Source: Eledone cirrhosa (Eukaryota). Taken from it: 64,000 bases of DNA. The DNA is taken from contig OZ024741.1 in the NCBI GenBank assembly GCA_964016885.1, positions 413,602,001 to 413,666,000 of the forward strand. The letters run 5' to 3'. Of the stretch, positions 43,001 through 56,800 are shown one piece after another. Each line of letters opens with the position of its first letter. Position 1 is the stretch's first letter. The position numbers were made by a program, and so were the translations under genes. The notes beneath the pieces are model-generated. The model was not told the origin of the DNA and made no database searches. It saw only the letters and a program-made list of their open reading frames with translations.

Positions 43001-46000
43001 TTTCTCCAAATTGAGAGATCACAGCTCTGATATTACAGGCATGTGGTTAGAATGTCTCATGAAGGAATCACTGGATTGAAAGATCACAGCTCTGATACTA
43101 CAGACATGTGGTTAGAACATCTCAGGAAAGAATCTCCAAATTGAGAGATCACAGCTCTGATATTACAGACATGTGGTTAGAATGTCTCAGGAAAGAATCA
43201 CTGGATTGAGAGATCACAGCTCTGATACTACAGACAAGTGGTTAGAATGTCGCAGGAAAGAATGTCTGGATTGAGAGATCACAGCTCTGATACTTCAGAC
43301 ATGTGGTTAGAATGTCTTAGGAAAGAATCTCCAAATTGAGAGATCACAGCTCTGATATTACAGGCATGTCCTGAGAAAGTCTCATGAAAGAATCACTGGA
43401 TTGAGAGATCACAGCTCTGATGCTACAGACATGTGGTTAGAATGTCTCATGAAAGAATCACTGGATTGAGAGATCACAGCTCTGATACTATGGACATGTG
43501 GTTAGAATGTCTTAGGAAAGAATCTCTGAATTGAGAGATCACAGCTCTGATATTACAGGCATGTGGTTAGAATGTCTCATGAAAGAATCATTGGATTGAG
43601 AGATCACAGCTCTGATGCTACAGACATGTGGTTAGAATGTCTCATGAAAGAATCACTGGATTGAGAGATCACAGCTCTGATGCTACAGACATGTGGTTAT
43701 AATGTCTCATGAAAGAATCACTGGATTGAGAGATCACAGCTCTGATACTACAGACATGTGGTCAGAATGTCTCAGGAAAGAATCTCCAAATTGAGAGATC
43801 ACAGCTCTGATACTACAGACATGTGGTTAGAATGTCTCAGGAAAGAATCACTGGATTGAGAGGTCACAGCTCTGATACTACAGACATGTGGTTAGAATGT
43901 CACAGGAAAGAATCTCTGGATTGAGAGATCACAGCTCTGATATTACCGATATGTGGTTAGAACGTCTCAGGAAAGTATTTCTTGATTGATAGATCACAGT
44001 TCTGATACTATGGACATGTGGTTAGAATGTCTTAGGAAAGAATCTCCAGATTGAGAGATCACAGCTCTGATATTACAGACATGTGGTTAGAATGTCTCAT
44101 GAAAGAATCACTGGATTGAGATATCACAGCTCTGATACTACAGACATGTGGTTAGAATGTCTCAGGAAAGAATCTCTGGATTGAGAGATCACAGCTCTGA
44201 TACTTCAGACATGTGGTTAGAATGTCTCAGGAAAGAATCTCCAAATTGAGAGATCACAGCTCTGATACTACAGACATGTGTTTAGAATGTCTCAGGAAAG
44301 AATCTCTGAATTGAGAGATCACAGATCTGATACTATGGACATGTGGTTAGAATGTCTCAGGAAATGTTCTCCAAATTGAGAGATCACAGCTCTGATATTA
44401 CAGGCATGTGGTTAGAATGTCTCATGAAAGAATCACTGGATTGAGAGATCACAGCTCTGATACTACAGACATGTGGTCAGAATGTCTCAGGAAAGAATCT
44501 CTGAATTGAGAGATCACAGCTCTGATACTATGGACATGTGGTTAGAATGTCTCAAGAAAGAATCTCCAAATTGAGAGATCACAGCTCTGATACTACAGAC
44601 ATGTGGTTAGAATGTCTCATGAAAGAATCACTGGATTGAGAGATCACAGCTCTGATACTACAGACATGTGGTTAGAATGTCGCAGGAAAGAATCTCTGGA
44701 TTGAGAGATCACAGCTCTGATATTACAGACATGTGGTTATAATGTCTCATGAAAGAATCACTGGATTGAGAGATCACAGCTCTGATACTATAGACATGTG
44801 GTTAGAATGTCGTAGGAAAGAATCTCCAAATTGAGAGATCACAGCTCTGATATTACAGGCATGTGGTTAGAATGTGTCATGAAAGAATCTCTGGATTGAG
44901 AGATCACAGCTCTGATACTTCAGACATGTGGTTAGAATGTCTCAGGAAAGAACCTCTGAATTGAGAGATCACAGTTCTGATACTATGGACATGTGGTTAG
45001 AATGTCTCAGGAAATTTTCTCCAAATTGAGAGATCACAGCTCTGATATTACAGACATGTGGTTAGAAAGTCTCATGAAAGAATCTCTAAATTGAGAGATC
45101 ACAGCTCTGATATTACAGACATGTGGTTATAATGTCTCATGAAAGAATCACTGGATTGAGAGATCACAGCTCTGATACTACAGACATGTGGTTAGAATGT
45201 CGCAGGAAAGAATCTCTGGATTTAGAGATCACAGCTCTGATATTACAGACATGTGGTTATAATGTCTCATGAAAGAATCACTGGATTGAGAGATCACAGC
45301 TCTGATACTATGGACATGTGGTTAGAATGTCTTAGGAAAGAATCTCCAAATTGAGAGATCACAGCTCTGATATTACAGGCATGTGGTTAGAATGTCTCAT
45401 GAAAAAATCACTGGATTGAGAGATCACAGCTCTGATACTACAGACATGTGGTTAGAACGTCTCAGGAAAGAATCACTGGATTGAGAGATCACAGCTCTGA
45501 TACTACAGACATGTGGTTAGAATGTCGCAGGAAAGAATGTCTGGATTGAGAGATCACAGCTCTGATATTACAGATGTGTGGTTAGAATGTCTCAGGAAAG
45601 AATTTCTGGATTGAGAGATCACAGTTCTGATACTATGGACATGGGGTTAGAATGTCTCAGGAAAGAATCTCCAAATTGAGAGATCACAGCTCTGATACTA
45701 CAGACATGTGGTTAGAATGTCTCAGGAAAGAATCACTGGATTGAGAGATCACAGCTCTGATATTACAGACATGTGGTTATAATGTCTCATGAAAGAATCA
45801 CTGGATTGAGAGATCACAGCTCTGATATTACAGACATGGGGTTAGAATGCCTCAGGAAAGAATCTCTGGATTGAGAGATCACAGTTCTGATACTATGAAC
45901 ATGTGGTTAGAATATCTCAGGAAAGAATCTCCAAATTGAGAGATCTCAGCTCTGATATTACAGGCATGTGGTTAGAATGTCTCATGAAAGAATCACTGGA

Positions 46001-46750
46001 TTGAGAGATCACAGCTCTGATACTACAGACATGTGGTTAGAATGTCTTAGGAAAGAATCTCCAAATTGAGAGATCACAGCTCTGATACTTCAGACATGTG
46101 GTAAGAATGTCTCAGGAAAGAATCTCTAAATTGACAGATCACAGCTCTGATACTACAGACATCTGGTTAGAATGTCTCAGGAAAGAATCTCTGAATTGAG
46201 AGATCACAGTTCTGATACTATGGACATGTGGTTAGAATGTCTCAGGAAATTTTCTCCAAATTGAGAGATCACAGCTCTGATATTACAGGCATGTGGTTAG
46301 AATGTCACATGAAAGAATCACTGGATTGAGAGATCACCGCTCTGATTCTACAGACATGTGATTATAATGTCTCATGAAAGAATCATAGGATTGAGAGATC
46401 ACAGCTCTGATACTACAGACATGTGGTTAGAAAGTCTCATGAAAGAATCTCTAAATTGAGAGATCACAGCTCTGATATTACAGACATGTGGTTATAATGT
46501 CTCATGAAAGAATCACTGGATTGAGAGATCACAGCTCTGATACTATGGACATGTGGTTAGAATGTCTTAGGAAAGAATCTCCAAATTGAGAGATCACAGC
46601 TCTGATATTACAAGCATGTGGTTAGAATGTCTCATGAAAAAATCACTGGATTGAGAGATCACAGCTCTGATACTACAGACATGTGGTTAGAACGTCTCAG
46701 GAAAGAATCACTGGATTGAGAGATCACAGTTCTGATACTACAGACATGTG
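37050..46750 (+). repeat. Tandem higher-order duplication, about 74-monomer period (4810 bp; 76 and 75 at the ends)
   Basis: Pairs 4810 bp apart: ttgtgagatc 37811/42621, caggcatgtcctgag 38551/43361, ccgat 39136/43946, aacctctgaa 40141/44951, tttagagatc 40411/45221, tactatgaac 41081/45891. aaaagaatgtcc 37081/42021 is a 76-mer offset and accgc 41461/46336 a 75-mer offset. Confidence 0.92.
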
Positions 46751-49700
46751 GTTAGAATGTCGCAGGAAAGAATGTCTGGATTGAAAGATCACAGCTTTGA
46801 TGCTACAGACATGTGGTTAGAATATCTCAGGAAAGAATCACTGGATTGAGAGATCACAGCTCTGATACTACAGACATGTGGTTATAATGTCTCATGAAAA
46901 AATCACTGGATTGAGAGATCACAGCTCTGATACTACAGACATGTGGTTAGAACATCTCAGGAAAGAATCACTGGATTGAGAGATCACAGTTCTGATACTA
47001 TGGACATGTGGTTAGAATGTCTCAGGAAAGAATCTCCAAATTGAGAGATCACAGCTCTGATACTACAGACATGTGGTTAGAATGTCTCATGAAAGAATCA
47101 CTGGATTGAGAGATCACAGCTCTGATACTTCAGACATGTGGTAAGAATGTCTCAGCAAAGAATCTCTAAATTGACAGATCACAGCTCTGATACTACAGAC
47201 ATGTGGTTAGAATGTCTCAGGAAAGAATCTCTGAATTGAGAGATCACAGTTCTGATACTATGGACATGTGGTTAGAATGTCTCAGGAAATTTTCTCCAAA
47301 TTGAGAGATCACAGCTCTGATATTACAGGCATGTGGTTAGAATGTCTCATGAAAGAATCACTGGATTGAGAGATCACAGCTCTGATGCTACAGACATGTG
47401 GTTAGAATGTCTCAGGAAAGAATCTCCAAATTGAGAGATCTCAGCTCTGATATTACAGGCATGTGGTTAGAATGTCTCATGAAAGAATCACTGGATTGAG
47501 AGATCACAGCTCTGATACTACAGACATGTGGTTAGAATGTCTTAGGAAATTTTCTCCAAATTGAGAGATCACAGCTCTGATATTACAGACATGGGGTTAG
47601 AATGCCTCAGGAAAGAATCTCTGGATTGAGAGATCACAGTTCTGATACTATGGACATGTGGTTAGAATGTCTCAGTAAAGAATCTTCAATTGAGAGATCA
47701 CAGCTCTGATACTACAGACATGTGGTTAGAATGTCTCAGGAAAGAATCTCTTAATTGAGAGATCACAGCTCTGATACTACAGACATCTGGTTAGAATATC
47801 TCAGGAAAGAATCACTGGATTGAGAGATGACAGCTCTGATACTACAGACATGTGGTTAGAATGTCCCAGGAAAGAATCTCTGAATTGAGAGATCACAGCT
47901 GTGATATTACAGACATGTGATTATAATGTCTCATGAAAGAATCATAGGATTGAGAGATCACAGCTCTGATACTACAGACATGTGGTTCGAAAGTCTCATG
48001 AAAGAATCTCTAAATTGAGAGATCACAGCTCTGATATTACAGACATGTGGTTATAATGTCTCATGAAAGAATCACTGGATTGAGAGATCACAGCTCTGAT
48101 ACTACAGACATGTGGTTAGAATGTCGCAGGAAAGAATCTCTGGATTGAGAGATCACAGCACTGATATTACAAACATGTGGTTATAATGTCTCATGAAAGA
48201 ATCACTGGATTGAGAGATCACAGCTCTGATACTATGGACATGTGGTTAGAATGTCTTAGGAAAGAATCTCCAAATTGAGAGATCACAGCTCTGATATTAC
48301 AAGCATGTGGTTAGAATGTCTCAGGAAAGAATCACTGGATTGAGAGATCACAGCTCTGATACTACAGACATGTGGTTATAATGTCTCATGAAAAAATCAC
48401 TGGATTGAGAGATCACAGCTCTGATACTACAGACATGTGGTTAGAACATCTCAGGAAAGAATCACTGGATTGAGAGATCACAGTTCTGATACTATGGACA
48501 TGTGGTTAGAATGTCTCAGGAAAGAATCTCCAATTTGAGAGATCACAGCTCTGATACTACAGACATGTGGTTAGAATGTCTCATGAAAGAATCACTGGAT
48601 TGAGAGATCACAGCTCTGATACTACAGACATGTGGTTAGAATGTCTCAGGAAATAATCTCCAAATTGAGAGATCACAGCTCTGATACTACAGACATGTGG
48701 TTAGAATGTCTCAGGAAAGAATCACTGGATTGAGAGGTCACAGCTCTGATACTACAGACATGTGGTTATAATGTCTCAGGAAACAATATCTGAATTGAGA
48801 GATCACAGCTTTGATACTACAGACATATGGTTAGAGTGACTCATGAAAGAATCACTGGATTGTGAGATCACAGCTCTGATACTACAGACATGTGGTTAGA
48901 ATGTCTCAGGAAAGAATCTCTGGATTGAGAGATCACAGTTCTGATACTATGGACATGTGGTTAGAATGTCTCAGGAAAGAATCTCCAAATTGAGAGATCA
49001 CAGCTCTGATACGACAGACATGTGGTTAGAATGTCTCAGGAAAGAATCACTGGATTGAGAGATCACAGCTCTGATACTACAGACATGTGGTTAGAATGTC
49101 TCAGGAAAGAATATCTGAATTCAGAGATCACAGTTCTGATACTATGCACATGTGGTTAGAATGTCTCAGGAAATTTTCTCCAAATTGAGAGATCACAGCT
49201 CTGATATTACAGGCATGTGGTTAGAATGTCTCATGAAGGAATCACTGGATTGAAAGATCACAGCTCTGATACTACAGACATGTGGTTAGAACATCTCAGG
49301 AAAGAATCTCCAAATTGAGAGATCACAGCTCTGATATTACAGACATGTGGTTAGAATGTCTCAGGAAAGAATCACTGGATTGAGAGATCACAGCTCTGAT
49401 ACTACAGACAAGTGGTTAGAATGTCGCAGGAAAGAATGTCTGGATTGAGAGATCACAGCTCTGATACTTCAGACATGTGGTTAGAATGTCTTAGGAAAGA
49501 ATCTCCAAATTGAGAGATCACAGCTCTGATATTACAGGCATGTCCTGACAAAGTCTCATGAAAGATTCACTGGATTGAGAGATCACAGCTCTGATGCTAC
49601 AGACATGTGGTTAGAATGTCTCATGAAAGAATCACTGGATTGAGAGATCACAGCTCTGATACTATGGACATGTGGTTAGAATGTCTTAGGAAAGAATCTC

Positions 49701-50899
49701 TGAATTGAGAGAACACAGCTCTGATATTACAGGCATGTGGTTAGAATGTCTCATGAAAGAATCATTGGATTGAGAGATCACAGCTCTGATGCTACAGACA
49801 TGTGGTTAGAATGTCTCATGAAAGAATCACTGGATTGAGAGATCACAGCTCTGATGCTACAGACATGTGGTTAGAATGTCTCATGAAAGAATCACTGGAT
49901 TGAGAGATCACAGCTCTGATACTACAGACATGTGGTCAGAATGTCTCAGGAAAGAATCTCCAAATTGAGAGATCACAGCTCTGATACTACAGACATGTGG
50001 TTAGAATGTCTCAGGAAAGAATCACTGGATTGAGAGATCACAGCTCTGATACTACAGACATGTGGTTAGAATGTCACAGGAAAGAATCTCTGGATTGAGA
50101 GATCACAGCTCTGATATTACCGATATGTGGTTAGAACGTCTCAGGAAAGTATTTCTTGATTGATAGATCACAGTTCTGATACTATGGACATGTGGTTAGA
50201 ATGTCTTAGGAAAGAATCTCCAGATTGAGAGATCACAGCTCTGATATTACAGACATGTGGTTAGAATGTCTCATGAAAGAATCACTGGATTGAGAGATCA
50301 CAGATCTGATACTATGGACATGTGGTTAGAATGTCTCAGGAAATGTTCTCCAAATTGAGAGATCACAGCTCTGATATTATAGGCATGTGGTTAGAATGTC
50401 TCATGAAAGAATCACTGGATTGAGAGATCACAGCTCTGATACTACAGACATGTGGTCAGAATGTCTCAGGAAAGAATCTCTGAATTGAGAGATCACAGCT
50501 CTGATACTATGGACATGTGGTTAGAACGTCTCAAGAAAGAATCTCCAAATTGAGAGATGACAGCTCTGATACTACAGACATGTGGTTAGAATGTCTTAGG
50601 AAAGAATCTCCAAGTTGAGAGATCACAGCTCTGATATTACAGACATGTGATTATAATGTCTGATGAAAGAATCATTGGATTGAGAGATCACAGCTCTGAT
50701 ACTACAGACATGTGGTTAGAAAGTCTCATGAAAGAATCTCTAAATTGAGAGATCACAGCTCTGATATTACAGACATGTGGTTATAATGTCTCATGAAAGA
50801 ATCACTGGATTGAGAGATCACAGCTCTGATACTACAGACATGTGGTTAGAATGTCACAGGAAAGAATCTCTGGATTGAGAGATCACAGCTCTGATATTA

Positions 50900-53800
50900 C
50901 AGACATGTGGTTATAATGTCTCATGAAAGAATCACTGGATTGAGAGATCACAGCTCTGATACTATAGACATGTGGTTAGAATGTCGTAGGAAAGAATCTG
51001 CAAATTGAGAGATCACAGCTCTGATATTACAGGCATGTGGTTAGAATGTCTCATGAAAAAATCACTGGATTGAGAGATCACAGCTCTGATACTACAGACA
51101 TGTGGTTAGAACGTCTCAGGAAAGAATCACTGGATTGAGAGATCACAGCTCTGATACTACAGACATGTGGTTAGAATGTCGCAGGAAAGAATGTCTGGAT
51201 TGAGAGATCACAGCTCTGATATTACAGATGTGTGGTTAGAATGTCTCAGGAAAGAATTTCTGGATTGAGAGATCACAGTTCTGATACTATGGACATGTGG
51301 TTAGAATGTCTCGGGAAAGAATCTCCAAATTGAGAGATCACAGCTCTGATACTACAGACATGTGGTTAGAATGTCTCAGGAAAGAAATACTGGATTGAGA
51401 GATCACAGCTCTGATATTACAGACATGTGGTTATAATGTCTCATGAAAGAATCACTGGATTGAGAGATCACAGCTCTGATATTACAGACATGGGGTTAGA
51501 ATGCCTCAGGAAAGAATCTCTGGATTGAGAGATCACAGTTCTGATACTATGGACATGTGGTTAGAATATCTCAGGAAAGAATCTCCAAATTGAGAGATCT
51601 CAGCTCTGATATTACAGGCATGTGGTTAGAATGTCTCATGAAAGAATCACTGGATTGAGAGATCACAGCTCTGATACTACAGACATGTGGTTAGAATGTC
51701 TTAGGAAAGAATCTCCAAATTGAGAGATCACAGCTCTGATACTTCAGACATGTGGTAAGAATGTCTCAGGAAAGAATCTCTAAATTGACACATCACAGCT
51801 CTGATACTACAGACATGTGGTTAGAATGTCTCAGGAAAGAATCTTTGAATTGAGAGATCACAGTTCTGATACTATGGACATGTGGTTAGAATGTCTCAGG
51901 AAATTTTCTCCAAATTGAGAGATCACAGCTCTGATATTACAGACATGTGGTTAGAAAGTCTCATGAAAGAATCTCTAAATTGAGAGATCACAGCTCTGAT
52001 ATTACAGACATGTGGTTATAATGTCTCATGAAAGAATCACTGGATTGAGAGATCACAGCTCTGATACTACAGACATGTGGTTAGAATGTCGCAGGAAAGA
52101 ATCTCTGGATTGAGAGATCACAGCTCTGATATTACAGACATGTGATTATAATGTCTCATGAAAGAATCACTGGATTGAGAGATCACAGCTCTGATACTAT
52201 GGACATGTGGTTAGAATGTCTTAGGAAAGAATCTCCAAATTGAGAGATCACAGCTCTGATATTACAGGCATGTGGTTAGAATGTCTCATGAAAAAATCAC
52301 TGGATTGAGAGATCACAGCTCTGATACTACAGACATGTGGTTAGAACGTCTCAGGAAAGAATCACTGGATTGAGAGATCACAGCTCTGATACTACAGACA
52401 TGTGGTTAGAATGTCGCAGGAAAGAATGTCTGGATTGAGAGATCACAGCTCTGATATTACAGATGTGTGGTTAGAATGTCTCAGGAAAGAATTTCTGGAT
52501 TGAGAGATCACAGTTCTGATACTATGGACATGTGGTTAGAATGTCTCAGGAAAGAATCTCCAAATTGAGAGATCACAGCTCTGATACTACAGACATGTGG
52601 TTAGAATGTCTCAGGAAAGAATCACTGGATTGAGAGATCACAGTTCTGATACTATGGACATGTGGTTAAAATGTCTCAGGAAATTTTCTCCAAATTGAGA
52701 GATCACAGCTCTGATATTACAGGCATGTGGTTAGAATGTCTCATGAAAGAATCACTGGATTGAGAGATCACCGCTCTGATTCTACAGACATGTGATTATA
52801 ATGTCTCATGAAAGAATCACTGGATTGAGAGATCACAGCTCTGATACTACAGACATGTGGTTAGAATGTCGCAGGAAAGAATCTCTGGATTGAGAGATCA
52901 CAGCTCTGATATTACAGACATGTGGTTATAATGTCTCATGAAAGAATCACTGGATTGAGAGATCACAGCTCTGATACTACAGACATGTGGTTAGAATGTC
53001 GCAGGAAAGAATCACTGGATTGAGAGATCACAGTTCTGATACTACAGACATGTGGTTAGAATGTCTTAGGAAAGAATCTCCAAATTGAGAGATCACAGCT
53101 CTGATATTACAAGCATGTGGTTAGAATGTCTCATGAAAAAATCACTGGATTGAGAGATCACAGCTCTGATACTACAGACATGTGGTTAGAACGTCTCAGG
53201 AAAGAATCACTGGATTGAGAGATCACAGTTCTGATACTACAGACATGTGGTTAGAATGTCGCAGGAAAGAATGTCTGGATTGAGAGATCACAGCTCTGAT
53301 ATTACAGATATGTGGTTAGAATGTCTCAGGAAAGAATCACTGGATTGAGAGATCACAGCTCTGATACTACAGACATGTGGTTATAATGTCTCAGGAAACA
53401 ATCTCTGAATTGAGAGATCACAGCATTGATACTACAGACATGTGGTTAGAATGTCTCAGGAAAGAATCACTGGATTGAGAGATCACAGCTCTGATACTAC
53501 AGACATGTGGTTATAATGTCTCATGAAAAAATCACTGGATTGAGAGATCACAGCTCTGATACTACAGACATGTGGTTAGAACATCTCAGGAGAGAATCAC
53601 TGGATTGAGAGATCACAGTTCTGATACTATGGACATGTGGTTAGAATGTCTCAGGAAAGAATCTCCAAATTGAGAGATCACAGCTCTGATACTACAGACA
53701 TGTGGTTAGAATGTCTCATGAAAGAATCACTGGATTGAGAGATCACAGCTCTGATACTACAGACATGTGGTTAGAATGTCTCAGGAAATAATCTCCAAAT

Positions 53801-56800
53801 TGAGAGATCACAGCTCTGATACTACAGACATGAGGTTAGAATGTCTCAGGAAAGAATCACTGGATTGAGAGATCACAGCTCTGATACTACAGACATGTGG
53901 TTATAATGTCTCAGGAAACAATATCTGAATTGAGAGATCACAGCTTTGATACTACAGACATATGGTTAGAGTGACTCATGAAAGAATCACTGGATTGTGA
54001 GATCACAGCTCTGATACTACAGACATGTGGTTAGAATGTCTCAGGAAAGAATCTCTGGATTGAGAGATCACAGTTCTGATACTATGGACATGTGGTTAGA
54101 ATGTCTCAGGAAAGAATCTCCAAATTGAGAGATCACAGCTCTGATACGACAGACATGTGGTTAGAATGTCTCAGGAAAGAATCACTGGATTGAGAGATCA
54201 CAGCTCTGATACTACAGACATGTGGTTAGAATGTCGCAGGAAAGAATCTCTGGATTGAGAGATCACAGCTCTGATATTACAGATATGTGGTTAGAATGTC
54301 TCAGGAAAGAATCACTGGATTGAGAGATCACAGCTCTGATACTACAGACATGTGGTTATAATGTCTCAGGAAACAATCTCTGAATTGAGAGATCACAGCA
54401 TTGATACTACAGACATGTGGTTAGAATGTCTCAGGAAAGAATCACTGGATTGAGAGATCACAGCTCTGATACTACAGACATGTGGTTATAATGTCTCATG
54501 AAAAAATCACTGGATTGAGAGATCACAGCTCTGATACTACAGACATGTGGTTAGAACATCTCAGGAAAGAATCACTGGATTGAGAGATCACAGTTCTGAT
54601 ACTATGGACATGTGGTTAGAATGTCTCAGGAAAGAATCTCCAAATTGAGAGATCACAGCTCTGATACTACAGACATGTGGTTAGAATGTCTCATGAAAGA
54701 ATCACTGGATTGAGAGATCACAGCTCTGATACTACAGACATGTGGTTAGAATGTCTCAGGAAATAATCTCCAAATTGAGAGATCACAGCTCTGATACTAC
54801 AGACATGAGGTTAGAATGTCTCAGGAAAGAATCACTGGATTGAGAGATCACAGCTCTGATACTACAGACATGTGGTTATAATGTCTCAGGAAACAATATC
54901 TGAATTGAGAGATCACAGCTTTGATACTACAGACATATGGTTAGAGTGACTCATGAAAGAATCACTGGATTGTGAGATCACAGCTCTGATACTACAGACA
55001 TGTGGTTAGAATGTCTCAGGAAAGAATCTCTGGATTGAGAGATCACAGTTCTGATACTATGGACATGTGGTTAGAATGTCTCAGGAAAGAATCTCCAAAT
55101 TGAGAGATCACAGCTCTGATACGACAGACATGTGGTTAGAATGTCTCAGGAAAGAATCACTGGATTGAGAGATCACAGCTCTGATACTACAGACATGTGG
55201 TTAGAATGTCACAGGAAAGAATCTCTGGATTGAGAGATCACAGCTCTGATACTTCAGACATGTGGTTAGAATGTCTCAGGAAAGAATATCTGAATTCAGA
55301 GATCACAGTTCTGATACTATGGACATGTGGTTAGAATGTCTCAGGAAATTTTCTCCAAATTGAGAGATCACAGCTCTGATATTACAGGCATGTGGTTAGA
55401 ATGTCTCATGAAGGAATCACTGGATTGAAAGATCACAGCTCTGATACTACAGACATGTGGTTAGGACATCTCAGGAAAGAATCTCCAAATTGAGAGATCA
55501 CAGCTCTGATATTACAGACATTTGGTTATAATGTCTCATGAAAGAATCACTGGATTGGGAGATCACAGCTCTGATACTACAGACATGTGGTTAGAATGTC
55601 TCAGGAAAGAATCACTGGATTGAGAGATCACAGCTCTGATACTACAGACAAGTGGTTAGAATGTCGCAGGAAAGAATGTCTGGATTGAGAGATCACAGCT
55701 CTGATACTTCAGACATGTGGTTAGAATGTCTTAGGAAAGAATCTCCAAATTGAGAGATCACAGCTCTGATATTACAGGCATGTCCTGAGAAAGTCTCATG
55801 AAAGAATCACTGGATTGAGAGATCACAGCTCTGATGCTACAGACATGTGGTTAGAATGTCTCATGAAAGAATCACTGGATTGAGAGATCACAGCTCTGAT
55901 ACTATGGACATGTGGTTAGAATGTCTTAGGAAAGAATCTCTGAATTGAGAGATCACAGCTCTGATATTACAGGCATGTGGTTAGAATGGCTCATGAAAGA
56001 ATCATTGGATTGAGAGATCACAGCTCTGATGCTACAGACATGTGGTTAGAATGTCTCATGAAAGAATCACTGGATTGAGAGATCACAGCTCTGATGCTAC
56101 AGACATGTGGTTAGAATGTCTCATGAAAGAATCACTGGATTGAGAGATCACAGCTCTGACACTACAGACATGTGGTCAGAATGTCTCAGGAAAGAATCTC
56201 CAAATTGAGAGATCACAGCTCTGATACTATAGACATGTGGTTAGAATGTCTCAGGAAAGAATCACTGGATTGAGAGATCACAGCTCTGATACTACAGACA
56301 TGTGGTTAGAATGTCGCAGGAAAGAATGTCTGGATTGAGAGATCACAGCTCTGATATTACCGATATGTGGTTAGAATGTCTCAGGAAAGAATCTCTGGAT
56401 TGAGAGATCACAGCTCTGATACTACAGACATGTGGTTAGAATGTCTCAGGAAAGAATCTCTGGATTGAGAGATCACAGTTCTGATACTATGGACATGTGG
56501 CTAGAACGTCTCATGAAGGAATCACTGGATTGAAAGATCACAGCTCTGATACTACAGACATGTGGTTAGAACATCTCAGGAAAGAATCTCCAAATTGAGA
56601 GATCACAGCTCTGATATTACAGACATTTGGTTATAATGTCTCATGAAAGAATCACTGGATTGAGAGATCACAGCTCTGATACTACAGACATGGGGTTAGA
56701 ATGTCTCAGGAAAGAATCTCTGAATTGAGAGATCAATGCTCTGATACTATGGACATGTGTTTAGAATGTCGCAGGAAAGAATCTCCAAATTGGGAGATCA

